Origin: Zygnema circumcarinatum SAG 698-1b
Taxonomy: Eukaryota > Plantae > Zygnematophyceae
Direction: 5' to 3'
DNA length: 64,000 bases
Assembly (NCBI GenBank): GCA_037447605.1
Contig: CM074809.1
Span: forward strand, 1,912,689-1,976,688
A model generated the notes under the pieces. It had not been told where the DNA came from, searched no databases, and saw nothing but the letters and a program-made list of their open reading frames with translations. Of the stretch, positions 1 through 12,137 are shown in pieces. Every line of letters starts with the position of its first letter. Position 1 is the stretch's first letter. A program made the position numbers and the translations under genes.

Positions 1-362
1 CCTAGGCACAAAAGATAAAGCTAAGAGCGGAAAACTACGCCTAGGCGCAACAACGCAGCCCCTAGAAGCAGCCGCGAAGGTCACCGATGTGAGGCATATC
101 GCGAGGAGAGAAGGCTGCCGTTGCCGCTGGAGAATGTGTCAAAGAAGGTATGCGGTGGTCGTTACTCCGCGCCCTGCTACCCGGCAGCATGGCAGGCAGG
201 CAGGCTGCCTTGCATGCATGGATGCATGCATGCATTGGTTGTGGCGGCGTCAGAATCAGATGCCGCGCGACACAACCGCGTCGCCGCTCCATTGTCGCAC
301 GACGTGGCACAAAAGCATTCGACGGCGCCGCGATTCGTGCGTCGTATAGATTAAAAAAAAAT

Positions 363-1310
363 GGGTAGTGATATTTCCACCCCTTTTTTGGATCCAAACA
401 CCCCTTCCCGGCCGGGCAGATTTTAAAAAGGATTAAAAACGGAAAATGCTTCTTTCACACCTTTCTGGAATCGATACCTACCCTCCATCGGCAGATCATA
501 TTTTTGCGAAACAAGGAAAATGATAACCCGTCACCCCATTTTGAATATCCCGCCTACCTGATTTTTTTTTCACGCGTGCGGTCAATCGCAGCCGTCGATT
601 TCCTCGCAGATCGCAACAAGGCAGATCACTATTGGATCTGCAGCCGGGCTCGGTCACAGCGAATAGCACGTGCCCACGTATCCCGCCAAACTCGTCTCAA
701 AAGTTTGTTCGTACAAATATCGTACGGTCGAAATTTTGAGGAACCCAAAATTTCGTACATTGAGAGCTTGGACCAATCAAAATTTTGCACGTCAAAAATG
801 TAACACGTTTCAGATGTTGATTGGCTGGGAGCTAACAATTACGAGATCTCAGGCCGAGATACGCGCGCACTCGCACGTGCGATCCGGCTTTGACGTCACT
901 CGTGGGCGCTTTCCATTCGCTAAGATCGAGCCCGGCTGCAGATCGAACGGTGATCTGCAGTGGTGCGATCTGCGAGGGAATGGACAGCTGCGATTGACAC
1001 ACACGTGTAAAGGACGGACACCCGCGAACGATCTCGTTGAGGACGAATCTTCCGCTTCGAGCGGATTCGGGCAGGCAGATATTTCTTTCCCTCAAAAAAA
1101 AATTCAAGGAGGCTGGATACAATATTCAAAATGCGGTGACGGGGTATCATTTTCCTTGGTTAGCAAAAATAAAATCAGCCGACGGAAGAAGGTGGATATC
1201 GATTCCAAAAAGGTGTGAAAAAAGCATTTTCGGTTTTTAATCCCTTTTGAAATCTGCCCGGCCGGGAAGGGGTGTTTGGATCCAAAAAAGGGGTGGAAAT
1301 ATCACTACCC
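363..1310. mobile_element. Foldback non-autonomous DNA transposon (MULE-like MITE 1) with long TIRs
   Basis: GGGTAGTGATATTTCCACCCCTTTTTTGGATCCAAACACCCCTTCCCGGCCGGGCAGATTT at 363 is the reverse complement of the sequence ending at 1310. Arms stay alignable inward (e.g. ATCTGCAGCCGGGCTCG near 640 vs CGAGCCCGGCTGCAGAT near 930). Flanks are AAAAAAAAT (354-362) and AAAAAAATT (1311-1319), a near-perfect 8-9 bp TSD. No transposase. Confidence 0.88.
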
Positions 1311-1319
1311 AAAAAAATT

Positions 1320-1840
1320 GGAAAGTACTATTTACAGTCACCTTTTTATTCTGAAACAAGTCACTTTTTCGCCGGGCAGCTTTTACAAAGGATTTTTTAG
1401 CGAAAAATGCTGGTTCATACTTTTGTAGAATAGATACAGACCTTTTTTCGTCGGGTGTAGATGATGATGATTGGAATGTACGAAGCGCGCGCGTCTAAAA
1501 GTATAAGGGCGCAACACGTGGAGCGACATGATTGGTCGCAGCAACATATGACGTGACAAGTATGTTTGGGACCGTGACGTGACTTTTGTCGCGTCTCGTT
1601 TGTCACGGTCCCAAACATATTTGTCACGTCATATGTTGCCGCGACCAATCATGTCGCTTCACGTGTTGCTACCTTATACATTGTAGACGCGCGCGCTTCG
1701 TACATTTCGAATCACCATCCGCTTCTGTATCTATTCTACAAAAGTATGAAACAACATTTTCGCTAAAAAATCCTTTGTAAAAGCTGCCCGGCGAAAAAGT
1801 GACTGTTTTCAAAAAAAGGTGACTGTAAATAGAACTTTCC
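1320..1840. mobile_element. Near-perfect palindromic MITE 2 (MULE-like)
   Basis: Starts GGAAAGTACTATTTACAGTCACC and ends GGTGACTGTAAATAGAACTTTCC. The halves are reverse complements around a centre near 1580. Flanks AAAAAAATT / AAAAAAAAT. Arms are homologous to the element at 38186. Confidence 0.9.
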
Positions 1841-1965
1841 AAAAAAAATAGTCCGTACGGTCCGTGCTAGGGCGCATGGCGAAGCATTCCATGCGCAGTC
1901 CCGTTCGCCACGTGGCATGCGCCCCCCCAGGCCCCCCCAGGCCCCCCCTCCCCCCCCCCAACCTG

Positions 1966-2033
1966 AAGGATGGGAGGGATGGCTGGGAGGGAGGGATGGA
2001 TGGATGGGATGGAAGGATGGATGGATGGATGGG
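1966..2033. repeat. Degenerate (GGAT)n/(GGGA)n microsatellite
   Basis: ggatgggagggatgg...ggatggatggatggatggg read directly. Confidence 0.85.
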
Positions 2034-2890
2034 TCGCGCGGACGGGCGGGCGCAGCTGCGCACTCCAAGTGTTCAAAAGAGGACCGTGGAAAGGGGCCAG
2101 TACATACGCGCAGGAGAAGAGGCAAGAATGATGGAAAGACTTGTTGAACGCCCACTTTTCGTTCAATCGGTTATCTATTCAGTGTCCTGTAAGTCTCTCT
2201 CGTAATCCATCATCTGGGTTTGCACATGGGATGGAACTCCTTATTGTCTGCAGTGGTAGCCCAAATTTGTAAAAAACTACTGTACCAATTTCTGCAGTAG
2301 ACCGCAAAACGTTCTGCTTCACTACTTTCCAAAGACAGCGGCTAAAGAAAGGTCCGACTGTTATTATGACTACTGTTACCCAACGAAGATGGCCCTTCAG
2401 ATGATAAAGAAGGTGAGTGAGACTCTGGAAAGGGAAACTTATCAAGACGAGGTCTAAATTGGGAATACACTATAGTACGAAAGTAGTTCGAAGCGCAACG
2501 AACTTACATGGAGAAAGACGTAAGTGAAAAGGAAAACCAGAACGGCTCCTTCAAAGTTATGAAACCTGCTTATAGCTATGCGGCAAGTGTAATGTGGCGC
2601 CCAGAACAGTCCATGCTTAGGACTGCCTAGCAGAACCTCCTCACTAGTTCGAAAATCTGTTCACTAAGCAACCTCCATTTATACAATCACCAAGTACTGT
2701 TACACAAAAATGGTTGTGATCAGGCTCCTTCTTACTCAAAGCTTTTGCGAATGCCAACTCCGCCGACGACACTGCCTTGGGAAAGTCGCAAGTCTCCTCT
2801 CTTTCCCTTTGGTGGGTAAGCGGGCTTCGTAAGCGTGCCTCGAGGTTTCCATATAGAATATGGGAGCTACTAGCCATCGCACACTCAGTA

Positions 2891-5800
2891 TTAGCGTTCC
2901 TCCCTTGCAGGCTTGTTGGGGTCGGAGACCATATCTAGCATCATTTTGTCAGGAGAGCTCTCCCAATCCGTTCCAAATTTCTTCAAATCAATCTGCACAA
3001 GCCAAAATCCCCTCTTCCTCCCCTTAACTCCTAAAAGATGTGCTTAAATCACATGCAACCTATTCCTGCTGTAAAAATCATTGCTTGCTCCATTCAACCC
3101 GAGCGTACCTTCGCCCTCTGCTCAGTAAAGAGCATCTCCCGTTGCTGATACGCTGTCAGCTTCTCGACCGCCTCCTGACCTCCAAGACCCCATGCTTCTA
3201 GCTCCTCCAACTTGCTTTCCATTGGACCATAGCCCTGCATCAATGGTGCTCTTTCAACCATCATTACACTATGCAGAAGCCATGCTGCTGCGAGATTGCT
3301 TCGTCGACTTTCAAATTCGAGTTCAGGTTTGAATTGAATCTGGTTGCACTCGAAAAGAAGTCGGGGCTCTGTCAGTGTGCCAAGATGTACAAGAAGAGCA
3401 GAGCTGCTTAATGAAGGTGTATGGAGTGTTACCTGGTCTGGCACAAGCCCCCCGCTCTGATACGTGTGGTCTGTTGCATGATGCCTCACAATCACTGCTG
3501 AGAAGTCCTCATCCACCCACACACGTTCTCGACCCGACGATCCGCCAAAACCGAGACCTTGAGGCTTGGGGACCGACCGATAGCCCTGTCCTGGAAGTCG
3601 GGCATGACTGTAGACGAAATTACTCTCCCGACCTGCGACGAGTCCCCACCCACTTTCACAATCACTACGGGTTTAAGTTGTATTTGATTTCTCCCAAGTG
3701 GGCTGTTCGACCTTGGGGCGTATTCTGGGCAAAGCAAAATGGAAGAATGTCCTTACACTCACCGAGTGCACGTAGCACAAGAAAACGAGGCTGCAAGGCC
3801 ACCATGCAGCAGCCGCTTCCTCCGTAAAATGTCTCCCGGTTTTCTACACCTGTTGGTACAATCACAGCCATCATCCACCGCTCGCTAGAGCGCACTTCAC
3901 CGTTCGCCTCTGCAGTGGCGGGACGGGTGGTAGCCGAGAGAAGTAGCAGCACATTGTCACGATAACCTTCAACTTTTGAAAAGAAGCGCTTGATTCCTCT
4001 GCCGTGCATAGATGACCTGCATCAAAATCATTCCACGAATAGCTTCTTCTCAATAACCGCACCAAGTTTCCTCTCCAGGATAATCGTCATGTCATACTAC
4101 ACGTACCCGGGAAAATGCCTACAAACTTTGACATCTGAAAACAGCATCCATAACCGCAGATACTTATGTCGATGAATGGATGTATCAATCGACTCAGGAC
4201 AAACCAGAGCTTTGTACCGATAGAGAAGCTGCGGATGGAACTTGTGCCAGCCAGCAGGATCGCAGCTGATGCCCAGCAGCGTGGAGGCCGTTGCTCCCCT
4301 CTGTGACAGGCCGAGCATCCATGCAGTGGTAGTGCTGAGGAGACCAGAAGAGGTTCCAAGGCCCATGGAGGCCTCCCCGTTCACCCCGTCGTCGTCCTCT
4401 CGATGGCATGCAGGCGGGCTGCTGTTGCGGCTGTTGTTGCGACTCCGGCCCTGCTGTAAAGATGGCACAGATGGGATAACCACACTCAGACACATCTGGA
4501 TCAAATTAACTGCCCCTCCAGGGTGTCTGAGGAAGGGCACTGCTCAACTATCGAGGCTTCACAGGGTAGCAATGGAAAAGGTGTCAAAAACCAAACAGTG
4601 GCACTGTCGTCTATTTCTCACCTCTAGACTTGCGGCTTGCTCGTCAGGAACCTCTTCAACAAGCCGTAGGTGGACAAAGTCAGACAGGCAGTCGCAGAGT
4701 CCAGGAAGAGCAGAGACTATCCACGACACAATTCTATCTGCAGGCATTCTGCTAAGCTCCGCATTCGCACCACCATTCTCCTTCGCCTGTGTGACCGCAT
4801 CGCGCACCCCTTCAATGAGGGGCTCCACATCGACCAGCCTCACTGAAGCTGCCTGCATTCCTCCACTTCTTGCCAGCCTTACATGGCAGAAGAGTAGCCA
4901 ACAAACCAAGAAGAAAACTTCCAGCCCCTGGGTGTCAAACCAGCTGCCCTCCAAAGTCACAGCACCCCACGACCCTTCCTTCACCATTCCTGCATCACTC
5001 TTCTCTATAGGCTGATCGTGTGCTCCTGTCCGCCCCTCTGTTTCCCGCTCAGTATGCCGCTGCGGGAATGACGCGAAAAGGGAGACGAGAAGAGCAAGGC
5101 GAGCCGCCGAAGAAGGCTCTTTGCAGCAGATGGCAGTGCCTTTAAGGAAGGATTCCCAGTCAAACTCGCTCGACCCTCCATAAACTCTCTCTACAAGGAC
5201 TGGACCAAGCCTTTGCGCAGCCTTGCCCAGCTCTGTCTCAGTCGCTAGTAGCCCTTCTGCCAAACTCGTTGGGAAAAGCTGCAACCGTTTCTGCAAGCGC
5301 CGGGGTGGATACATAAGGTCAGATAGAGGACTCATGCCCTTCAAAACAGAGTTTGGTTCAAGGAACGCAAAGATATCGTTTTAAAATTTCACGTTGGCCC
5401 GAACAACAATATGTTCAGGTTTGATAGCTTCCAGCTGCCATTCCAAGTTCCAACCCTCAATTTAAATCCAAGTGAAACATTTGTTCAAATCTCTATGTGT
5501 CCTTAACTATGCTTCCTACTCATGCCCAAGACCTCCATTCCTAAAATTACGATCTACAACACTGTTCACCACAATGGAAAAATACGACTGTTTAGAATTG
5601 GGCTTTAAGAGAATGTTTCGTTTTAAATGGATTCCTTTTCATATCGTTGCACCCCTAAGGATACGGCACAGTGGCATTCACCAGCGCTAGGCTCATGGTC
5701 TACTTAGGCCGACTTGAGAGCCCGTTGCAAAACTGCTGTTTGGGTACCAAAGCAGTTCGACATATGCAAGCCCACCAACTCATGGAGAAAAGTTGTCAGA

Positions 5801-6551
5801 GCCAGGATTTCAACCTAGGCTTAAACCTGCCTCTACGATACTCTACACACTGTCCACAAATACTATCTGGTGCTGATTGAATTAATGACTACCAACTTAT
5901 ACGATAGAAAATATTCCAGCACCCTACTAGTTACCTCCTTTAGTCATGTTACTGCAAGGGAAATGATTGCCACAAAATTGCAGGCGCCCTCACTTTTAGA
6001 GGATGAAACTGTTTTGGAAAAGAGGTCAGAAGCCCGGTTTTACATCAACAAAACAGTGACGCAACGGCAGTCAAAATTGGCAAAGCCGGGTGGGCGCCGC
6101 CATTCACTGCAATTAGAAATACGGCTGTATGGTCCCATGCTGTCCCTATTGTTCGCTATCAAACGAAAAAAACCTTGTATAAAATCATATGGCCAATAAT
6201 GTCAATAGGGAGTTAAAAGTGAATTTTGCAGTCAAGCAGGATGTGGCTGAAAACACGCAAGCTTCGCATGATGGTAAGAGGAACAATATTCGACTTGAAA
6301 GAAGGCGGCATACAGCAGAAATGGACCCAAGGAAACAGCAGGGTTGCTGCTGAAACTCTTCAAAAAAGGCGTAGTGAGTGCACCTCCAATGCTGAGCGTG
6401 GAACGAGGCCTTGCGCAGAGTCTGAGAGCACCGCCAGACGCGCGAACGAGCGACGCAGCGTGAGCAGATCGTTGGCGAGAAGCGCCTCCAACCGCTGCTG
6501 CTCGGACGGCTCCGCCGCCGCCACACTGCGCCGCCCCGCCGCGTTGCCCAT
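2891..6551 (-). CDS. TLDc-domain protein (At5g39590-like), multi-exon, possible N-myristoylated MGN start
   Basis: Exon 1 (6551-6384) encodes MGNAAGRRS...PRSALE, followed by GT. Internal exons give HGRGIKRFFSKVEGY...WMMAVIVPTGVENRETFYGG, VDEDFSAVIVRHHATDHTYQSG and LEAWGLGGQ...REMLFTEQRAKV. The last exon (2992-2891) is IDLKKFGTDWESSPDKMMLDMVSDPNKPAREER*. All match the recalled plant TLDc family. Confidence 0.9.
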
Positions 6552-6666
6552 GCCCCCGCCTCCCCGCTCTCCCTCCTTCTCCCCCCAACCCTCGCTCCGG
6601 CCTCCTCCCCTCTCCTCCCCCTCCCCGCCCCTTTCTTCCCCGCAGTATGAACCGCAGTGCGAACGC

Positions 6667-6740
6667 GCAGGCAGGCAGGCGGGCAGGCACGCAGGCAGGC
6701 GGGCAGGCACGTAGGCAGGCAGGCAGGCAGGCAGGCAGGC
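6667..6740. repeat. (GGCA)n microsatellite upstream of the TLDc start codon
   Basis: gcaggcaggcaggc...aggcaggcaggc read directly. Shorter copies occur near 192 and 32349. Confidence 0.85.
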
Positions 6741-7476
6741 CCCTCCTTTCCCAGCGCCGGCGCCCGCACGAGGGAGGGAGAGTCCCTCCGGCTGCGGGCG
6801 GGCGGCGCCACGTGGCGGGCCGGACACGTGGTCGTGGCACCTTCGCGCTCAGGCCGCGGCCTACGTGTACGGGGGGGGCTCCGTACGACGCGTGGCGGCT
6901 CGCCGGCCCCTGCGGTTGCGGAACGGCCGAGGGCACCGTGTGAACGCACACGCGCGACCGCCGTTGTCTGCCTTTTCGTGTTCACATATGTCATTCGAGG
7001 GAGGGCGGGCGGGGCTGTTGCAAGTGGCCGTCCAAAACCCTGAATCCTGCAGCGCCTCCGTACCGTGTTAGGCGAAGGGCCTCAAACGGCTGCCGTACCC
7101 TAAAGTACGGTACGAGACCGGTACGGCAGTTTTAACAGTTAGCCCGAAGCCATGCATGCATGCCTCGCAGCCGCCGACAGCAGGCCGGCCCGGCGCCCGT
7201 CCGTGTTCCATGCATGGGTTGGAGTCGACCCCTAGCAGAAGTTCATAGCTCCGTACTTTGTGAAACGGCCCGGCGACGGGCCTGCGTGTGTACGGACTGA
7301 GGCTGTCAAAATCCCAAACAAGCGCCTTCACCCCTTCTCCCTCGTGATGGACTACGATTGTACTTGTGCAGCATGTCCGCAGCCGCGGCGGCTGTACCGA
7401 GCCGGTTCCGCAGCCCCGGAAAGCCTGTCCCTCATAACTATCATTGCCGTATCCTGCGACATTCGCAAGTGAAGGA

Positions 7477-7932
7477 GGAGAATGCTACTGCACCGCTTAT
7501 TTTGGTTATTACACCCCCCTTTTTGAAAAAATTGCCTGCCCATTTTGGTTAGCCCACCCCCTGTTTTGGATATTTCACCCCCTATTTTGGATATCCCACC
7601 GCCCTGTTTTTTTCCTTTTCACTACTGACTTCCAACATTGTGCAACAACAGGAAAGGAGATTTGCATTGATCTCAAGATGTTGTTGTTTTTTGTCGCTAT
7701 GCGTGCCGATCTTGATGTGAATTCCTTCCGTGCTTGTAGTGCTCGGTGATGACTTGTACGAGCTCATCGCAAAAGATTCCCTCCCGAAATATCCAAAACA
7801 GGGGTGGTGGAATATCCAAAATAAGGGGGTGAAGTATCCAAAACAGGGGGGGTGGGATAACCAAAATGAGCGGGCAAAATTTCCAATTAGGGGGGTGGGA
7901 TAACCAAAAGAGGGGGTGCAGCAGCATTCTCC
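7477..7932. mobile_element. MITE 3 with ~110-bp TIRs built of repeated TTTTGG(A/T)TA..CACCCC units
   Basis: GGAGAATGCTACTGCACC at 7477 matches GGTGCAGCAGCATTCTCC ending at 7932. Flanks GTGAAGGA (7469-7476) and GTGAAGAA (7933-7940) form an 8-bp TSD with 1 mismatch. Confidence 0.85.
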
Positions 7933-8202
7933 GTGAAGAAACCTACAATGGTTGGCTGGTTGGCAACCATTGAACTCGACGGTAGCAACCATCGTGTTCA
8001 ATGGTTGGTTGGGCCGCGAACCAAGCAAGCGAGCAACCAGGCCGAATCCTCGCAACGCTTGTCAAGTTATTTTCGAGTGCGTGGTTTCTCAAGTTTCTTC
8101 AAAATAGATTGCTGCTACCGTACGCGAACTGACGCTTCAATAGGGCATTTCAGACAAAAATCGATCGGAGTCTTTTCTTACGTATTACTGAAGATTTTTT
8201 TG

Positions 8203-8418
8203 TAGGGGGTTGGGGTTAGGGCTTTGGAATAAGGGTTTAGGGTTTGGATGCTAGGATTTATAGTTTCGGGGTTAGGGGTTAGGGGTTAGGGTTTCGGGTT
8301 AGGGGGTAGGGTTTAGGGTTTAAGAGGGGGGGGGTTAGGGTGAGGGTTCACGGTTAGGGTTTACAGGTTATGGGGTAGGGTTTCGGGTTAGGAACTTCGG
8401 TAGGGGGAAAGGGTTAGG
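8203..8418 (+). repeat. Degenerate interstitial telomere-like tract (TTAGGG/TTTAGGG variants)
   Basis: About 215 bp of ggttagg/tttaggg/ggtagg units, G-rich on +, ~500 bp upstream of MDP1. Confidence 0.85.
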
Positions 8419-8914
8419 AGCGGCATAACGACATATGTAAAAACTAAGCTAAACTAACCACTTTCACTTATAGGAAAAGGTCTCAAGGTAATGTTGTCTA
8501 TAAATCATTATTCCTTTTCTACCCGTTCTCTTTCACTTCAAGAGGACGAGGACGAGGAAGAGGAAGAGTGAGTGGGGAGAGAAAATGGCGGCCGTAATGC
8601 CTATCAATTGCGGCAATCCAATGGCTGTCCAATGGTCCGACCTGTTCAACTCCTGCTCAGAATTGGCATCATTGATCTCGCATGGGACGAGTCACCATGG
8701 GGAACCACGAGGAGCCGACCGGCCACAAGGGGCCTGCCGCTAGTCCCGAACTTGCATGCGAGCGCGCGCCTTTGACTTCTTTGGATTATTATTGTTCCGC
8801 CCGGCCGTGGAGTGTGCGCGAGCACGTTGTACGCCGGTCGGTGGGCGACCTCGGAAGCAAGCAAGCAAGCAAGCGTTGACCCGGCCGGGCGGGCGGGCGG
8901 GCCGGGAGGGAGGC

Positions 8915-10732
8915 ATGGCTGCTGCGCACGCTGCCGGAGCACGAGGAGGAGGAGCTGCAGCAGGCCCGGCCTTGCAATTCGGCCGCTCCCTCAGCTCTCT
9001 CACTACCCGCTGTCCTCGCACCTGTGTAGGGCCTGCCGCGCAGGCGGCTGGCAGCTGTGGACCCTGTTACCCCGCTGTTGCTGCTGCAAGCGGAGGAGGG
9101 TGTGAGGGGCTTGGGCGGAGGAGGAGGAGGAGGAGTGGCGCCTGGTTCGTTGGAGAGAGGAGAGAGGAGGTAGGCGGGCGCGTCTGTAGCTCGTGGTCAG
9201 AAGTGGCCATGATGCAGACGACGCAGAGAGGACGTAAAGCGGCGGAGATGGTGGAACGGGCTGCTGCGGAAGGTAGAGGTCTGCCGCAGCTGGTGGTGTT
9301 CGACCTGGACTATACGCTGTGGCCCTTTTACTGGTCAGGCCCCAGGGGTGGGAAAAATAACCTTAAGTAAAGAGGCCTCGTTCTGTCTTGGTGGCATAAT
9401 GCAGTGTCTTGGGTGCTCCCTTGCTTAAATCTGAGGTTATGAGCATGCCTGAATCCGAATATGTATGCTTTTCCGTGCTCTTTTTGGGCACTACTGAAGT
9501 AGTTTGGATCTCGGAGGCCCTATTTGGAGTGTTGTATTGCTCGACTGGGTCATGAATTGACCAAATAGATCTTTATCAATGCCTGATTGTGAGTGATTGT
9601 GCGATACATCTTGATGGTCAGAACTACGTACGGACGATTTTATTTCCAACTTCTGGGCTCTTCAGTGCAGTGCCTCGTCGAGATTTTTGTTTTGCTTTTT
9701 GAGGCATTGGCTGACGCACGTTGCTTCGTCAAACAGCTGCGCACGTGTGGATTTCTACACGAACTAAGTGCCAATGCGCGTGCATTGCAACTGATTGAAT
9801 GCAGAGTACTTTGTTCTAGTGCCGTCCCTGCCCCTGCTTGCATTGCCAAACACTGCGTTGCTTCTGGACCTGCAGTGACTGCACTCCGCGTGGTGCTACT
9901 CCACGTCTCTTTCCGGAGGCATTGGACGTGATTGGAGCATTGCAGCGAGCAGGAGTCCCAATGGCGCTGGCGTCACGGACGGAGACCCCGGACATCGCCC
10001 AGCGCTTTTTGAATATCCTAGGAATCAGTGATATTTTTCCAGTGAAGGTGGCTATCTTACTCTTGAGACTCTGTATCAGACCCACGCATACCCACATAAT
10101 CTACTGCACATTCCTTGCCTTTTCAGTAATGTTTCTTAGCTTCTGCAGTGTTTACTCCTTGGCTGGTAGAGCTAGCTAAACTTCGAGCTGGTCAATAGAG
10201 TTACCGAAACAAGAGCATAGAGTATGGTCTGTTTACTGTTGACATCTCTTATCCTTATTCGCCATAAGCAGAAGCTTGTCCGTTTCCTCTACCACCTCTG
10301 GCGTTTACCCTTTTGACGAGTTGTGAGTCCACATGTGACTCAGGAGATGTACCCCACAGCCACGCACAAAACGGAGCATTTTGCAGCGATCCATGATCGG
10401 ACGGGCGTGCCTTACGAGGCAATGTTGTTCTTTGATGACGAAGAACGCAACACACGGACGGTGGGCTGTCAACTCTTGTGGTTCGGAGGCAATGACTTTT
10501 AATCCTGACAGTTTTGCTGCAATGCCAGTGAGAGTGTGCTGAAGTTCAGCAACCTGACAACAACTTCCCTTTCAAGATGGTTTCTGATTTTGGCTCACAT
10601 GCAGATGGATTTGTGTTCTGGTTGCAGCTGAGCAAGCTGGGGGTGACATGCCTCTTGGTGGACGAGGATGGTATCTGCTTGAGGTCGTTTCAAGCAGGAC
10701 TGCAAAAGTATACGTCAGCTACAATAAAGTGA
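8915..10732 (+). CDS. MDP1: Magnesium-dependent phosphatase 1 (HAD subfamily IIIC); start at 8915 (with transit-like extension) or 9209
   Basis: The HAD motif I VFDLDYTLWPF ends exon 1. Exon 2 has PMALASRTETPDIA, exon 3 has MLFFDDEERN, and exon 4 is LSKLGVTCLLVDEDGICLRSFQAGLQKYTSATIK* (TGA 10730-10732). GT-AG introns. Confidence 0.9.
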
Positions 10733-11355
10733 TTGTCCTCAGGGACAATCAGGTAAGTCATTTGTTTTGTTGCCGCAAGCAGTCTTGGGATTACCAAATC
10801 AGTCACATTTGGTTTGCTCAGACATCTTCACAGAGCGGTCGTCACCATTAGATGCAATGTTAGAAAGGCAGAAGAAAAGATATTCCGAACACATGGGGGC
10901 ACACCATTTGGAGCATTGTACTCTACTATTGTATATTTATGTGCAAGAGGATTGAGAACGGAGCTAAGATTAAGATTGAGCGAAGGGAGTGACTTTTCTT
11001 CGCACCAATATTGTCGACTTTAGTTGATACTCCATTTAATTATAAGGTTTCTACAAACGTTTTTCAGCACTTGCTGATTCAAATGGCTGTGGAGTTTGCA
11101 ATCTCTTGATGGCTGATGGTTTTCAAGAGCGAATTCCCCCTCGCCTTTTTGTGGAACTTCGTCAAGTATGTGAGAAGGGGGCTGCGGGCGCTTTCGAGAG
11201 GAATTATTATCTCCACTTCTTTGCCATTCAATCTAGAAAGCTTCTCGCAGACGAAAGTGCGAGCACTAATAATACCTTCATGCCAGCATTGCCAACTATT
11301 TTGGAAAAAAAAGGGTAGAACTGTACAGACTAGACAGACGAGCAAACGACCAGAA

Positions 11356-12137
11356 TTAAACTTTCGTATTAGTCAATGCGTTTCGTAAAGCTGCTTGTAT
11401 GTCCTCTGGCGACGATCCTTCCACCAGGATAACTTTTTCGCGTGATTTGGAGCCTTGACTTAGTGTCACTTGACGTTTCTTCACGCCCAACACCTGCAAT
11501 CCGAGTCCTGCCGTGCCCAGTGATGGCAATTCCCAGCACCAAGCTTGCTTTGACAGCTGACATGAACTGTGAAAATGAGAGAGTGCACAGCAATGGTGAT
11601 GAAGTGTGAGGCAAACCTCAGCCATAAATTCCAGGACTGCTTCATTCGCCTCTCCATCTCGAGGAGGCGCATTGATCGCTACACCGACCATGTCGCTGAT
11701 ATCTGCAGTGAAGCTAGTGTCAGCGATAAAGACATACTCCTTATTTTAGAAGGGGGGGGGAGCTCAAAACAATAAAAAATTCAAATTTCTTGAATGACAT
11801 GCTCAAGAAATAGATGCGGCCTCCCTTGTTTGGGAGCTTGCAGGCCAAAAAATTCCAACTCGCTGCAAGGTGCCTGCTATAAAGGGGCTCGCAGCAGCTA
11901 GCCATGTCGATAGCAGCTTCCACGAATTGTAAAAAAATCAAACATCACGATGAAGGAAAAGGAAACTATACCAGTAATGGCTGCACGCTTGGCGCCGGGC
12001 TTGGCGCGGATGGCAAGAGAGACGCCGCCTGAACTAGTGACTCGAACATATTGGGGATAATCAGACGCACTTTCCTCCTTCTTTCCCTCCTTGCCGAGCC
12101 CTTGCCCTTGCCGACGATCCTTGGAGCGCGAGCTCAT
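11356..12137 (-). CDS. DUF167/UPF0235 (YggU-like) protein, 3 exons
   Basis: SLAIRAKPGAKRAAIT / ISDMVGVAINAPPRDGEANEAVLEFMAE / VLGVKKRQVTLSQGSKSREKVILVEG are characteristic DUF167 motifs. In-frame upstream ATGs exist at 12182 and 12215. Confidence 0.9.

Noticed and set aside
1-350. Possible 5' end of a minus-strand gene at the window start
   Set aside because: No recognisable protein motif within the window.
2129-2415. Possible small spliced plus-strand gene (ATG near 2129, GTAAGT near 2190, GTGAGT near 2413)
   Set aside because: No consistent open frame across the junctions and no recognisable product; it may be TLDc 3' flank.
6185-7043. Overlapping long ORFs on both strands around the TLDc start
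   Set aside because: GC-rich, microsatellite-containing shadow frames; only exon 1 (6551-6384) has homology support.
7964-8007. 12-bp inverted repeat CAACCATTGAAC / GTTCAATGGTTG
   Set aside because: Isolated short hairpin with no second copy or TSD; function unsupported.
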